Assembly: GCA_040006915.1 (NCBI GenBank)
Contig: JBDTWD010000004.1
Location: 1,033 to 65,032, forward strand
Length of the DNA stretch: 64,000 nucleotides
Reading direction: 5' to 3'
Source: Candidatus Woesebacteria bacterium
GTDB lineage: Bacteria > Patescibacteriota > Microgenomatia > UBA1400 > UBA12028
The notes beneath the pieces are model-generated. The model had not been told where the DNA came from and did not search any database. It saw only the letters and a program-made list of their open reading frames with translations. The position numbers and the translations under genes are program-made. This document shows positions 18,702-29,694 of the stretch, one piece after another (the stretch's first letter is position 1; every line of letters begins with the position of its first letter).

Positions 18702-20162
18702 CTATAAAGATTTTAATACTTCAACAGTAATTCTTGATGGACACTGATACGTTGCAGATGGAGTCGCTTCCCCAAACAAAGTCAGCTCATTAAAGGAGCT
18801 TTTTCCAAATGTAAAACTCCCTTGATCGATGACCACTGCCATGCGGTTCGCAAATCCTGGATTAGAAGTGATATCTTTGGCATTGCACCCAGCTCGATTA
18901 AAGAAAAAGAGATGATCAGGAGCGAAATGATAGTCATGCCAAGCAGCATCAACAATATACATCGGCTCTTTTTCACTCGCACAAACAAGCACAGCACAGG
19001 TCTCCAAATCGCTGACACTACGACGAATAGGTCGAAGAAGTGTGGAATTCATAGAATCTTTTGAAAACCAAAATGGCAAACAGGATAAAATGAATAAGAA
19101 CAATAGTCTTTTAGGAAAGGTTGCAATCAAACATATCAGTAGGGTGAGCACACCATAGACATAATGTGAGTACAACACAAAGGGAGAGATCAAGGTCAAT
19201 AGCACTGTCGCTATGAGCAACAATAATAATTTCGCATAGATCCTATCTCGGTCCGATCGGATCTTTTTTAATTTTAGAGACAAACAGGTGATTGTCAAAA
19301 TAGCAAGCGGCCAGAGCAACTGCCGCACATCTCCTGCTCGACCCCAGAATACAAATAAAAACATTTCTTTCATTTTCAACCAAAGGTCCTGGCGAAAAGA
19401 AAACTGTCCTCCACGCTCTGAAAATAGACGATGAAATGAGAAGAAACCGTGTTTCATTTCTGAAACCAGTATCGGCAAAAAAACAATACATCCTGAAAAC
19501 ACGAGTGAACCACACAACAAAAGCCAATTTCTTTTAAAATGAATTAATCCGGCAACCGTCAATACGAGTGCTGTAGGAACAATAGAGTATGACATCCCCA
19601 GTGCGAATACTGTCCCTGCTGTGAAAGCGACAATTCGTCTTTTTACACCCCCTTCATTAAAGAATAATGCAAAAAGGCTGATCAATAAAAACGGTGTCAC
19701 AAAAGAAGGGTTCCAGGGATATCGATTTTGCTCTACAAATAAGGAATGAATACTAATGACAGTAAAGATAATCCAGATCATGCGAAGCGCAATCGGATTA
19801 TTTCTATACACGTACACACCAAGAAGATAGACAAAACAATAGAAGAGTAAGAGCGTTATGATACTGGTGTACGGGGAAAGTCCCAAGATAAGAAACACCG
19901 GATACATCAAATAGAAATACCAGGGACTTTGGTTTAAGGGCAAAAAACTCGTTGAGGGACCCAAGAGTGGTGGTTTCCCCGACTGTTGCCACAGTAATAG
20001 CATGTAATGATCTCTTCCTATATCGGAATAAAACTCCAGAGTTTGCGGAAGTCGATAAAGGCGCATGAATAAAAAAAGAAGTAAAATCCCAGCAGTAATG
20101 ATGACGAGACTAAGTCTATGGGAGATGAAGTTCATACAAATTACAGAGTTCAAAACACCCAT
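18702..20162 (-). CDS. Polytopic membrane protein, putative GT-C glycosyltransferase
   Basis: 486 aa with at least 10 TM helices. First loop …YSDIGRDHYMLLLW… carries a D-H-Y motif reminiscent of the PIG-V-like loop. Confidence 0.4.
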   Translation of the reverse strand: MGVLNSVICMNFISHRLSLVIITAGILLLFLFMRLYRLPQTLEFYSDIGRDHYMLLLWQQSGKPPLLGPSTSFLPLNQSPWYFYLMYPVFLILGLSPYTSIITLLLFYCFVYLLGVYVYRNNPIALRMIWIIFTVISIHSLFVEQNRYPWNPSFVTPFLLISLFALFFNEGGVKRRIVAFTAGTVFALGMSYSIVPTALVLTVAGLIHFKRNWLLLCGSLVFSGCIVFLPILVSEMKHGFFSFHRLFSERGGQFSFRQDLWLKMKEMFLFVFWGRAGDVRQLLWPLAILTITCLSLKLKKIRSDRDRIYAKLLLLLIATVLLTLISPFVLYSHYVYGVLTLLICLIATFPKRLLFLFILSCLPFWFSKDSMNSTLLRPIRRSVSDLETCAVLVCASEKEPMYIVDAAWHDYHFAPDHLFFFNRAGCNAKDITSNPGFANRMAVVIDQGSFTFGKSSFNELTLFGEATPSATYQCPSRITVEVLKSL

Positions 20163-21936
20163 CCATCACTTGTGTAGCATGAAATTTATTTGATATTCTA
20201 TCGAAGTCTTCATGAAGGTATTGTTCATTCCCCAGTCCATATTTCATAAGATATACCTTTCTTCCTTGCGTTAAAAATTGAAGGTACACCATATCCAAAT
20301 TGTCAAAATCGTAGTCTCCCCAGGCTTTATGGAGTTGAGACCGAAATTCCTGTTTTTTATCCAGAGGTAAGAGAAGCGCTGGTTCTTTTGAATATGCGTC
20401 GACTAAATATGGAGGCAGTGATGTAATGACAATCGGCTTTTCTGCAGATTTAGACACATGACTGTGAAGATATTCAGATAGTAGATGCACAGAGATGTAA
20501 TACCAAGGCGTTTCTGCATACTTTAGATTCAATGCGATCTGAAACTTAATTGATCGGAATGAAAGCCCAAGATACAAAACGAGAAGAAGTCCAATACCTA
20601 TCGAAATCAACACCGATTTTTTGGGAAAAGTCGCATAGACCCAAGAAAAGAACAAACCAATTCCTAAAATCAAACTTGGGATAGCAATGAAAAAATATCT
20701 TGCATCGTAATCGTAAAAGATTGAGAGAAAAATGAGGGTGGCGGCGATCATCCCAATCAGAGAGACAGCTAGTATTCGCGTTTTTTTGCGAAGAAGACCT
20801 ACAACAAGTCCAATAATGGCGGGAATAGTTAAAAACTTCGGAAGAATCTGAATATTTTTCCAAAGAAGTTTTAGTGGATCACCAATCAGCCAATGCAGAT
20901 ACTGGGTAGTATTTCGTCCAACATAGACGAGTGAGAAAAAGCCTGAATCAGTAGTGTGACTTTCAGAAATTGATGATCTTCCTGAGGAGATAACGAGCAT
21001 CAAGACCTCTACGAGATTTCCTATTACGCTGTTGTTTTTGACAAAATATTCATAACAAATATAGAGAATTCCAGTAATAATCAAACTCACGATAAAACGC
21101 AGAAAATAGCGAAAGATGGGTAAAGATTTTCTTTCTCTTTTCTCGATCAAGAGTTTAGATATATAGAGCAGAGGAAAACAGATAGCCAATGGTAAGCTAG
21201 CATATTTGGTTGCGTAAAAAGACACAGCTATAATCCCCGCCAATACTGCTCGTCGGGGACGACTGGGAGAGATCATGAGGAGAATAGATTCTAAGAATAG
21301 TACGAGTAGTAAGTTCTCAGCCATCGCTAAGGTTGGGAACCAAATCAGTACTCCATGTGTAACGTAAAGGAAAAGTAATAAAATTTGAATTGATTTTTTT
21401 TCAAAAAACATTTTAATAATAACGCAGAAAAGACCGTATGCCCAGAGAGAGAGCATCACGTTTGCAAAATAAAACATTCGTACATCCTGCTTGAGTGCAA
21501 AAAAAGGAACCAAGACGAAAGAATAGAGTGGTGGAACTTCTGGTGCGATGGTTCTCCCCTCACGTTCAATAACAAAGCTATGCCCATGTAAAAAAGAAAG
21601 TGCCGGCACAACATAATGAAAGCTATCAGGATATGGTTCAAGATTGGGAATCAGAGTGCGTTGACTAAACGGATTACGCGCAAGGAGGAGAACGAATAGC
21701 ATCCCACACAGAACGAAATGAAAATGGACTTTGATAAAAAAAGAGATCTTGCTGCTCACACAATGTAGTGTATCCCACAAATGAAACCTATGAAACAGTA
21801 CATTACTACTCGCCATAAATAAAAAATCTTTCCGAAAGCATACCAAAGACGTAGTAAGTAACCCTGAGTGGAATAAAATTGAATGGTACCATTGACTGTT
21901 TTTCGAAGGGGCAAAATAAAGCAAGGTATCTTTCAA
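20116..21936 (-). CDS. Polytopic membrane protein, putative GT-C glycosyltransferase
   Basis: 606 aa with many TM helices. Loop …EPYPDSFHYVVPALSFLHGH… carries a D-x-F-H-Y motif. Confidence 0.4.
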   Translation of the reverse strand: MKDTLLYFAPSKNSQWYHSILFHSGLLTTSLVCFRKDFLFMASSNVLFHRFHLWDTLHCVSSKISFFIKVHFHFVLCGMLFVLLLARNPFSQRTLIPNLEPYPDSFHYVVPALSFLHGHSFVIEREGRTIAPEVPPLYSFVLVPFFALKQDVRMFYFANVMLSLWAYGLFCVIIKMFFEKKSIQILLLFLYVTHGVLIWFPTLAMAENLLLVLFLESILLMISPSRPRRAVLAGIIAVSFYATKYASLPLAICFPLLYISKLLIEKRERKSLPIFRYFLRFIVSLIITGILYICYEYFVKNNSVIGNLVEVLMLVISSGRSSISESHTTDSGFFSLVYVGRNTTQYLHWLIGDPLKLLWKNIQILPKFLTIPAIIGLVVGLLRKKTRILAVSLIGMIAATLIFLSIFYDYDARYFFIAIPSLILGIGLFFSWVYATFPKKSVLISIGIGLLLVLYLGLSFRSIKFQIALNLKYAETPWYYISVHLLSEYLHSHVSKSAEKPIVITSLPPYLVDAYSKEPALLLPLDKKQEFRSQLHKAWGDYDFDNLDMVYLQFLTQGRKVYLMKYGLGNEQYLHEDFDRISNKFHATQVMDGCFELCNLYELHLP

Positions 21937-23462
21937 GAAATGTACTTCTCGAATCTTTTTTTAAATTCACTACGATCGAAATACTTTGCTCGTCTGATAG
22001 CCTGTTCACTCATACTGGAAAGAAGCTGTGGGTCCTGAGTCAGTTCGTATGTTTGAGCAATGAGTTGCTCGCGGTTTTTCCAAAGGTAGCCACTCCCAAC
22101 AATGACAATTTCTTTTTGTCCTCCGGCTTTAATTACCACAGGGACACATCCGGATGCCATAGCTTCAACAGTTGTAATACCAAAATGCTCAAATAAAATT
22201 GGAGATTTATTTTCATTTTCATCTAAACCTGTCGCATGCCAATAGATCTTTCCTTCCGAAAGGATCTGTTGTAATTGGGAAAATGGAACATCAGTATGAA
22301 AAAACACAAGATATCCTGTCGCATAATACTTACACTGTTCAAAATACTCTAGATGCTGCTCTCCATCAGCAACACTGCCAACGAAATGAAGCTCCCATCC
22401 TTTAAGCCCTTTTTCGTCAACCAGTTTTCGAAACACTTTAATCAAATCTAATTGTTTTTTGTTGTGACCTGTGACAAAGAAGCGCCCCACATGTAGAATC
22501 CAATTTTTCTTTCTGGTAGCTGCCTTGAAATTCTTCACGTTTACTGGTGGATACAAAACTTCAGCAGTTAAGCCCCAATATTTTTTGATCCATGCTTTAC
22601 TATAGTCCGAAATGGTCAAAATCCTTTGGTAAGAAGTCAGATCCGAGAGTTTTGTTACCCCTGGTCCACCGTGCAGTCTCATTTCCCATTTGGGGAAATA
22701 ACGCTTAAAGATGTTGTAGAGTACATAGCGAATACTTTTTATTGTTAGTCGAACGAGGGCTACATCACGTGAGTATTCAGACTCCGGCAAAACGATAGTG
22801 AATCGTTTATTCGCAGAATTTGGAATCTCAAACCAATATTCAACAATATTGTCTACGTCGTAGATGTGTTTACGACGGGGAGTAACTTTTTTTCCTTCCA
22901 ATTCAAAAGTAATTTGATCCACAAGTGAGATTGCCAGTGTTCGGCAAAAGAGTTCTATTGAAAATGATCCAACATTTTTGTTGAAAATAATACTAGAGCG
23001 CTTTCCTAGCCACTTATAGATACGCTTGTGCATGTATTCATCAAACCGAAATCCTTCGAACAGAGAGGGATAAATAAAGAAATGAGAGAACGAAGGCAGA
23101 ACAATTGTTCGCTTAATGTATTCATATGGAGTGAGAAAAATTTGACTGGGGAAAAATATAGACAAAATCCCTCTTTTACTGCGATTGGGAAAATAATCCA
23201 AATAGGATGTATTAATAAACACGTCATATCTTTCTGTGTATTCTGATAATTCTTGAGAAGACATCATCGGAAGAACGATTATTTCGACTTCATCAAGATT
23301 CACTCCCATCTTTCCTTCTGCCTTGGCTCTATCAATTTCTGAATGCGTGAGCATCACTGTTTGAAACCCCAAATCACGTAGGCCTTCTGCATACGCAAAC
23401 GCCACTTGCTCTCCCCCTCCAAGAGTGGCTAACCAACGATCATAAACTGCCGCTGTTTTCAT
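21933..23462 (-). CDS. GT4 glycosyltransferase with an extended N-terminal domain
   Basis: N-terminal …LGGGEQVAF… and C-terminal …EHFGITTVEAMASGCVPVV… Glycos_transf_1 motif. Paralogous to the GT4 at 60990..62087. Confidence 0.7.
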   Translation of the reverse strand: MKTAAVYDRWLATLGGGEQVAFAYAEGLRDLGFQTVMLTHSEIDRAKAEGKMGVNLDEVEIIVLPMMSSQELSEYTERYDVFINTSYLDYFPNRSKRGILSIFFPSQIFLTPYEYIKRTIVLPSFSHFFIYPSLFEGFRFDEYMHKRIYKWLGKRSSIIFNKNVGSFSIELFCRTLAISLVDQITFELEGKKVTPRRKHIYDVDNIVEYWFEIPNSANKRFTIVLPESEYSRDVALVRLTIKSIRYVLYNIFKRYFPKWEMRLHGGPGVTKLSDLTSYQRILTISDYSKAWIKKYWGLTAEVLYPPVNVKNFKAATRKKNWILHVGRFFVTGHNKKQLDLIKVFRKLVDEKGLKGWELHFVGSVADGEQHLEYFEQCKYYATGYLVFFHTDVPFSQLQQILSEGKIYWHATGLDENENKSPILFEHFGITTVEAMASGCVPVVIKAGGQKEIVIVGSGYLWKNREQLIAQTYELTQDPQLLSSMSEQAIRRAKYFDRSEFKKRFEKYIS

Positions 23463-23465
23463 AGG

Positions 23466-24890
23466 TTAGTACAACATTTTATTTAAATTTTCTGTATCCA
23501 TTGGCCAGTATCGCTCCATATCGTTTCGAGCTTGCCACAGACGTGGAAACGATTTTAAAATGTAGAAGACCGCAGCTTTCCTTCCCTCATACTTTTGTCG
23601 CCAAATGCGAGCCCTTACCTCATTATCTTTAAATTGAAACACAAAACATTTTAAGGTCGTAATCGTAACACGTAGAACAAATAAGAATAACTGGGAAAGA
23701 ACAGTCCAGAATGGAAAATGTACAATCACAAATGCCAAATGATTACGCTCAACTAAGTTCAAGAAAAATGCAGATTCCTGTGATCCCGTTGTTGCACGGT
23801 GTTTGTGATATCCAATAGAATTTGGGTCGTAAATGATTTTCCAACCAGCTCTCCAGGCACGCAGACTAAATTCCACATCCTCGTAGTACATAAAATAGTT
23901 ACCGTCTAAAAAGCCAACATGATCGATCACTTCACGTTTAATGAGCATGCTGGCTCCGCAGGCAGCTAAAAGCTCAGACCGTTTAGAAAAATATTCAGAC
24001 TCTTCTTCGTAAAACTCCAAACGTTCATTGTCTCTCATTAAAATGACATTTCCTCTATCTTTCCCATATCCATTCGACAAAATACTGTTTCCTGCATTTT
24101 GGATTAACCAGATCAAATTATTTTTTACTTGACCTTCTTTAATCGAAAGAGTCACCTGAGTTGCTTCATGTGAATGAAGTTGAATTTCTTGGATTTTTTC
24201 CCCGTTTATAGTAAGAGTCACAGGTAAAGTCAGAGCTTCTTTCGACTCTAATCCATGGAGAGTCAGAATATATATGTTCGATGACTTTCCCGGATCAAAA
24301 GGAAGAAGGACTGTGGACTTCCCACTCGTCCTGCGGGTACATATACCGCCGTCTTTTTTGTCATAAAACCCACTTTTGTAATACACCAGACTTCCTAGAG
24401 TCGAAGGGGCACACAAGATATCTTCAATTAATGCACCGATTGGAGAATGATCAATTGTATGGAATACTTTTGATCGAGGGACGGCGGCTGAATTTATTCC
24501 AAGTTCAATAAAAGGTAACGCAAATCGAAGCTTTGAACTGACGATTCCAACCTTTTCATCTGCTGCAGTTTTTGCCAACGACGTCAACCATTCGGGATCG
24601 ACTCTCACATCAGAGTTTAATAGGACAATATAGTCACCTTTTGCCTGTGAATAACCCAAGATATTCCCTCCAGTAAACCCGCTATTCTCTTTGCTATACA
24701 CAACTTTTACTTTAGGAAATTTTTTTAAGACAAACGGTACAGAATCATCCGAAGAATTATTATCAACTAAAATAATTTCAAAGGCGCGAGATGGATAGTT
24801 TAGGGACAAAAGAGCTGTTAAACACTCATCCAGTAAATGTCTCCCATTGAAGTTAACTATAATAATAGAGACGAAGGGATGGCTTTTCAT
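23466..24890 (-). CDS. GT2 glycosyltransferase (RfbF-like) with a C-terminal extension
   Basis: FVSIIIVNFNGRHLL…ILVDNNSSDDSV…VLLNSDVRV…ACGASMLIKREV…MYYEDVEFSLRA. Confidence 0.82.
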   Translation of the reverse strand: MKSHPFVSIIIVNFNGRHLLDECLTALLSLNYPSRAFEIILVDNNSSDDSVPFVLKKFPKVKVVYSKENSGFTGGNILGYSQAKGDYIVLLNSDVRVDPEWLTSLAKTAADEKVGIVSSKLRFALPFIELGINSAAVPRSKVFHTIDHSPIGALIEDILCAPSTLGSLVYYKSGFYDKKDGGICTRRTSGKSTVLLPFDPGKSSNIYILTLHGLESKEALTLPVTLTINGEKIQEIQLHSHEATQVTLSIKEGQVKNNLIWLIQNAGNSILSNGYGKDRGNVILMRDNERLEFYEEESEYFSKRSELLAACGASMLIKREVIDHVGFLDGNYFMYYEDVEFSLRAWRAGWKIIYDPNSIGYHKHRATTGSQESAFFLNLVERNHLAFVIVHFPFWTVLSQLFLFVLRVTITTLKCFVFQFKDNEVRARIWRQKYEGRKAAVFYILKSFPRLWQARNDMERYWPMDTENLNKMLY

Positions 24891-26677
24891 TGTGAAACCT
24901 CTGCAATAACAAATGCATCGGTGTCAGCAAGAATCTTAACTTTTGGATTCCCCTGAAAGAATTTTTCTACGATTAATACTTTCTCAGAAAATAAATCATG
25001 CTTGTTTAGTTTAATGAACCTCACTTGTTTTTCATCGATTAACTTCCAAAATTGTGCTGACTGAGTACTATTCACACTCGTGGTCAACTCACTTTCGTAA
25101 CGCACATAATCCTTGGGAACATATCCCATATAACCATTGACCAGGGTACAGTGATGCCGTAGTGAAGCGAGCATTGCTTGAGTTCGATACGTTAAATTCG
25201 TAACAACATTGATGTCCTTGGTGTTCTGCGTCATCGGATACTCCAAAAGTACTTGGGTGTTTTTAGTACAGATTGGTTCGATTTGGGAATAGACATCATG
25301 GTAGTATGCTTTTGCTTCCGTGCTCTTTGTAATTGGCATAACCTCTAAAGCAACCACAAAGCAGAAAAGTGCAACTATGAATGTTTTTGAAAGAAAGTTA
25401 AATTTCCTCATTCCTTTGAGTGCAAAATAAATTAGGGCGATGAGAACATAGAGATACCATCGACTATTCACTCGGATAGGATCGAGAAGGGGGATAAGCT
25501 TTAATGGGATGAGGTATGGTAATGGAACTATTGCATACGTACCGTTTACATTTAGTCTCGGACCCAGCGAAGCAAAAAATCCTCCAATGAGAAGGAGGAA
25601 GAAAAATATATCTTCTCGTTTCAGCATAATTGAGATGGACACGATTGTTTTTATTTTCTTTATCGAAAATAATCCAATGAGAAACAACCCCGAGATAAGG
25701 AAGCCAGGAAAGAGAGATCCTGCATGGTTAAATGAGTTCCATTTAGATATTGGCCATAGATTGGAAATAATGCTTTGGTAGTTTGTTGAGAAGACATAAT
25801 CGGTTAAGTGGGCTGAATAGTATATATATTCCCAAAACTCCCGATTAATTTGATACATTTTTTTAATCTCAATATACTTAAATGCAAAGAATCCTGCGAT
25901 CAGAGTGAACGTTACAAGGACTATGAATAGTTGCCTGACGATAGATAAAAGAGATTCTTTGTTCTTTTTATTCCAAAAGAACTCTAATCCATACCAGAGG
26001 AAAATTGCACAAAGCAAAAAAATCGCCAAATAGACCCCAGCTAAAAACTGAATCCCTGCCCATATTCCTAAGCATACTAAATCCTTCGTCGTTTTTTGAT
26101 TCTTAACTAAGTATCCGAAGCCAAAAAAGAATGGCCAAAATCCTAAGAATTGGAAATGAACACTGTTCTGAAACAAAAACCCACTCACGCAAGTTGCAAA
26201 AACAGCGAGAAACACCTGCTCGTTTTTATCAATTATTTGTCTCCAGAAAAAATATGTGGAGGTGACATTAAGCAAAAGAGTGATGAAAAAAACGATATTA
26301 AAGACGAGAATAGGATTAGAAATAAAAAACGAGAAAGGGAGAGCAATAATACTCTGAGGGAGCAGGAGATCCGAAAATAAGAGCGTCCCTTGGTAAGGGT
26401 AAAAAATATTTGTGTTGAAAAAATGATGGAATGAAAGTGATTTTAAGTGTCCAACATTCTGATATACGGTCCATACATAGAACGGATAGTCGTTCCAATC
26501 AGGAAGATGTGTTCCCATACTGAAAATAAGTGAGCGGAATGAAAAGGAAATGACCAGAAACGTTATGATCACCGTAAAGAGTGCGAACAAAAAAGAGCGA
26601 CGTTGCATACGCAAGCAGTATATGACAAGAATGTTGCCTTTTAAAGGCGCATCCAGTATTCTATGCGTATCATCCAC
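24887..26677 (-). CDS. Polytopic membrane protein (possible GT-C)
   Basis: 596 aa with many TM helices and extracytoplasmic loops. No diagnostic motif recognised. Confidence 0.35.
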   Translation of the reverse strand: MDDTHRILDAPLKGNILVIYCLRMQRRSFLFALFTVIITFLVISFSFRSLIFSMGTHLPDWNDYPFYVWTVYQNVGHLKSLSFHHFFNTNIFYPYQGTLLFSDLLLPQSIIALPFSFFISNPILVFNIVFFITLLLNVTSTYFFWRQIIDKNEQVFLAVFATCVSGFLFQNSVHFQFLGFWPFFFGFGYLVKNQKTTKDLVCLGIWAGIQFLAGVYLAIFLLCAIFLWYGLEFFWNKKNKESLLSIVRQLFIVLVTFTLIAGFFAFKYIEIKKMYQINREFWEYIYYSAHLTDYVFSTNYQSIISNLWPISKWNSFNHAGSLFPGFLISGLFLIGLFSIKKIKTIVSISIMLKREDIFFFLLLIGGFFASLGPRLNVNGTYAIVPLPYLIPLKLIPLLDPIRVNSRWYLYVLIALIYFALKGMRKFNFLSKTFIVALFCFVVALEVMPITKSTEAKAYYHDVYSQIEPICTKNTQVLLEYPMTQNTKDINVVTNLTYRTQAMLASLRHHCTLVNGYMGYVPKDYVRYESELTTSVNSTQSAQFWKLIDEKQVRFIKLNKHDLFSEKVLIVEKFFQGNPKVKILADTDAFVIAEVSQ

Positions 26678-26704
26678 ATTTTTAGATAAGAATGCCTTAA
26701 AAAG

Positions 26705-28819
26705 GTGGTCAAAAGGAGCGACGTGAAGCGATTCTTATTATTGTATTTCCTATTTTGTTTTAGCTTCTTCTCCTTTTTTGCTTCCGGGGCAATTGATTCT
26801 CAAGATGGATTCCAATATCTTGCAGTCGCTCGTAACATCTATTATCTTCATGAACCGACTGCTCCACCCTATGAATACAATGAGAATAAAAATATTCACA
26901 TGAATATTAGTCAGGGGAAAGATGGAAAATGGTACTCAATCACTGGATTGGGATATACACTAGCAATGATTCCTGCAGTTGCCCTTTCTGATGTTCTTCA
27001 CCAGAAATTTGATTCTGCGCCTCCTATACACTTTCCTTTACAGTCTGATTTTAGTCTTCTTCTCTTTGCGAGTTTTACCAATATCTTCTTTGCCTCAATT
27101 TTAATTGTCATTTTATTTGCGTATCTTCTTGACCTAGGAGTGGAAAAAAAACAAGCATTCGTTTGGAGTTTTTTAGCAGTTGCCGCTACGAACTTATTTG
27201 CGTATGCCAAAAATAGTTTTGCACACATGATGTTCATTACGTTTTTGGTCTGGACTTTTTACCTGGTTCGCTGGTTTGCAAAGACTCGCTTTCGGCCTTA
27301 CTTAATTGTCGCCGGCCTTACGTATGGAATCGTAATGATTTCGTACAACCCAACGTTTATACTTCCAGTTCCAGCCTTAGTTGTATATTACTTTTTATCA
27401 ACCAAACATACCATTTCATGGGCATCACTTAAGGCCGTGTTTTTCGATACAATTGCTGTTCTTCTTGGCTTTCTTCCATTTGTTTGGCTCTACCTTTGGT
27501 ACAATTCAATTCGCCTTGGGAACCCCTTGGACTCAGGCTACGGAATCCCCCATGCAAAAGATGCATTCGGAAGCCTGAAGGTGCTCTATGAGGGGGTATG
27601 GGGACAATTATTTAGTCCAGGAAGAAGTTTCTTCCTCTATTCCCCATTAATGGTCTTGCCAATTATTTTTTGGCATAAACTTCCTTTTAAAAAATATTTT
27701 TCAGAATTTTGTTCATTTAGTGTACTTGTTATCACTTTTATCTACGTTAATGGTATTCAGAAAACTGGAGAAAATTGGTATACATGGGGAGGTGAATCTA
27801 GCTGGGGGCCGCGATACATTGCAGTGCTTATTCCATTTGGCATTATTCTCTGCGCTTTACTCTATCCTATTCTCTCGCGTCTAAATAAAATTTTTATCCT
27901 GACTCCACTATTGATCGCAAGCTTTTGGGTGCAGGCACTGGGAGTTTTCCTCCCTTATCAAATAAAGTTTGGTTCCCTTCAACCAAAGCTCTGGATAAAT
28001 GACTTAGAGTATTCAGTTGCCGATTATGGAAATTTTATTCCGAGATTTTCTCCGCTTCTTCTCATGAGCCGGAAACTTCCACTGAGGGTTCTAGAATTCC
28101 CCAAGACAGTAGATCACGGAATCTATAACGTTCGATTTTTAGAGGGATTTGATTTTCCTTTTTTTATAGGAAATCACGTTCCTTGGAGAGGAATGTCACC
28201 CATTTCGTATGCAAGAATTGATAACCTTCCTACTAAACCAGTACAATCGCTCGACTTTGAATTCAGTAACACTAGACTCGATGCTTCATCGTCGGCTGAT
28301 ATTCAAGTTGCGGTTTTCTTGGGAGATAACAGTATTGGAAAAACGATTATACCGCTTGAGAAGTGGGGAAATATTCATGCAACTTTACCTAAAAATACCG
28401 AATACAAACAACTTGATTTCAGATTCGAGCAAAGTCTTATTGGGACATCCTCAGCCAAACAAGTGCTTTTCTTAAAAGAAATGTCAGTAAATGGCACATC
28501 TGTAAACTTAGGAACTTTGGATTTCCCACTTCGAGAGAAATTGGCTGGAAAAATGTCTGGTGTCTCGTATGTATTGCCAGATCCTAGTGTGGAAGATCCT
28601 TGGTTTTTATGGAGACAAAACAGCGCCATCTACGAAACCACTTTTGATATTTGGTGGATCAGAGCGCTGTATTATTTTGACTACCCTAAGAAGCTACTGG
28701 TCTTGTTACCTCTATTTTTAGGGGGTGTTTTCGTTTCAGCCTTAGGTATGTGGAAGATAAATTCTCAGCCAATTATGAGCAAGAATCGAACTGCAAAGAA
28801 ACGTCGATATACGAGATAA
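26705..28819 (+). CDS. Large membrane protein, putative GT-C glycosyltransferase with a PIG-V-like loop motif
   Basis: N-terminal signal/TM, then …SQDGFQYLAVARNIYYLHE…, which parallels DGVHYITIARDGY of the gene at 5878..7017. 704 aa, about 12 TM helices plus a soluble C-terminal domain of about 250 aa. Confidence 0.4.
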   Translation: MVKRSDVKRFLLLYFLFCFSFFSFFASGAIDSQDGFQYLAVARNIYYLHEPTAPPYEYNENKNIHMNISQGKDGKWYSITGLGYTLAMIPAVALSDVLHQKFDSAPPIHFPLQSDFSLLLFASFTNIFFASILIVILFAYLLDLGVEKKQAFVWSFLAVAATNLFAYAKNSFAHMMFITFLVWTFYLVRWFAKTRFRPYLIVAGLTYGIVMISYNPTFILPVPALVVYYFLSTKHTISWASLKAVFFDTIAVLLGFLPFVWLYLWYNSIRLGNPLDSGYGIPHAKDAFGSLKVLYEGVWGQLFSPGRSFFLYSPLMVLPIIFWHKLPFKKYFSEFCSFSVLVITFIYVNGIQKTGENWYTWGGESSWGPRYIAVLIPFGIILCALLYPILSRLNKIFILTPLLIASFWVQALGVFLPYQIKFGSLQPKLWINDLEYSVADYGNFIPRFSPLLLMSRKLPLRVLEFPKTVDHGIYNVRFLEGFDFPFFIGNHVPWRGMSPISYARIDNLPTKPVQSLDFEFSNTRLDASSSADIQVAVFLGDNSIGKTIIPLEKWGNIHATLPKNTEYKQLDFRFEQSLIGTSSAKQVLFLKEMSVNGTSVNLGTLDFPLREKLAGKMSGVSYVLPDPSVEDPWFLWRQNSAIYETTFDIWWIRALYYFDYPKKLLVLLPLFLGGVFVSALGMWKINSQPIMSKNRTAKKRRYTR

Positions 28820-28906
28820 GTTCTGTTTGTAGATCGTAGTACATTTATTTTGATACTACGAACCTAATGGATGTTTTTTTTCATTATCGGTATACTATCA
28901 ACAAAG

Positions 28907-29689
28907 ATGATAAAAAAATTATTAGTTCCACTCACATCGTACAAGTTTTTATTATTACAGCTGACTTTACGAGAAATAAAAGCGCGTTATAAGCAATCTT
29001 TCGTTGGATATGCTTGGGTACTTCTCAATCCCCTTGCCCAACTTCTCGTGTATTCATTTGTCTTCTCAATGATTTTTAGGTTTCCTACTAATAATGTCCC
29101 CTATGTCGTTTTCTTATACTCTGGACTACTTCCTTGGACATTGTTTCAAACGTCTATCATTAGTGCGACACAATCACTGGTAGACAACGCATCGTTACTG
29201 AAGAAAATCGCTTTTCCCCGAGAAGTAATTCCCTACTCAGTAGTTTTCGCAAAAATCGTGGATTTTTGTTTCTCAGGATTACTCTTTATTGGTTTGATGC
29301 TCGTTCTTCGAGTTCCGGTCTCTCTGTCAATTATTGCCTTTCTACCTATTTTCATTGTCCAATTACTCTTCACCGCTGGAATTTCACTCATACTATCCAC
29401 ATGTAATTTGTTTTTCCGAGACATTCAACATTTAACTAATTTGCTTCTCATGCTATGGATGTATATGACACCCATAGTCTACCCATTATCGCTTGTGCCA
29501 GAACGTTATGTGTGGCTCTATAAATTAAACCCCATGGTAGGCATCATAGAAGGATATCGAAGCAGTATCTTTGGGTACCCTTTTGAATGGAGTATCATCC
29601 TCTGGGCAAGTGTAGTTTCTATCTTCACTTTTGTTATCGGTTTTCTTTTCTTTAAAAAGATGGAAAAGCATTTTGCGGACATCGCATAA
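28907..29689 (+). CDS. wzm: ABC-2 type polysaccharide/teichoic-acid export permease (Wzm/TagG/KpsM-like)
   Basis: …LLQLTLREIKARYKQSFVGYAWVLLNPLAQLLVYSFVF… is the ABC-2 permease signature, with 6 TM helices. Start at MIKKLL; the ORF extends to 28871. Confidence 0.8.
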   Translation: MIKKLLVPLTSYKFLLLQLTLREIKARYKQSFVGYAWVLLNPLAQLLVYSFVFSMIFRFPTNNVPYVVFLYSGLLPWTLFQTSIISATQSLVDNASLLKKIAFPREVIPYSVVFAKIVDFCFSGLLFIGLMLVLRVPVSLSIIAFLPIFIVQLLFTAGISLILSTCNLFFRDIQHLTNLLLMLWMYMTPIVYPLSLVPERYVWLYKLNPMVGIIEGYRSSIFGYPFEWSIILWASVVSIFTFVIGFLFFKKMEKHFADIA

Positions 29690-29694
29690 AATAT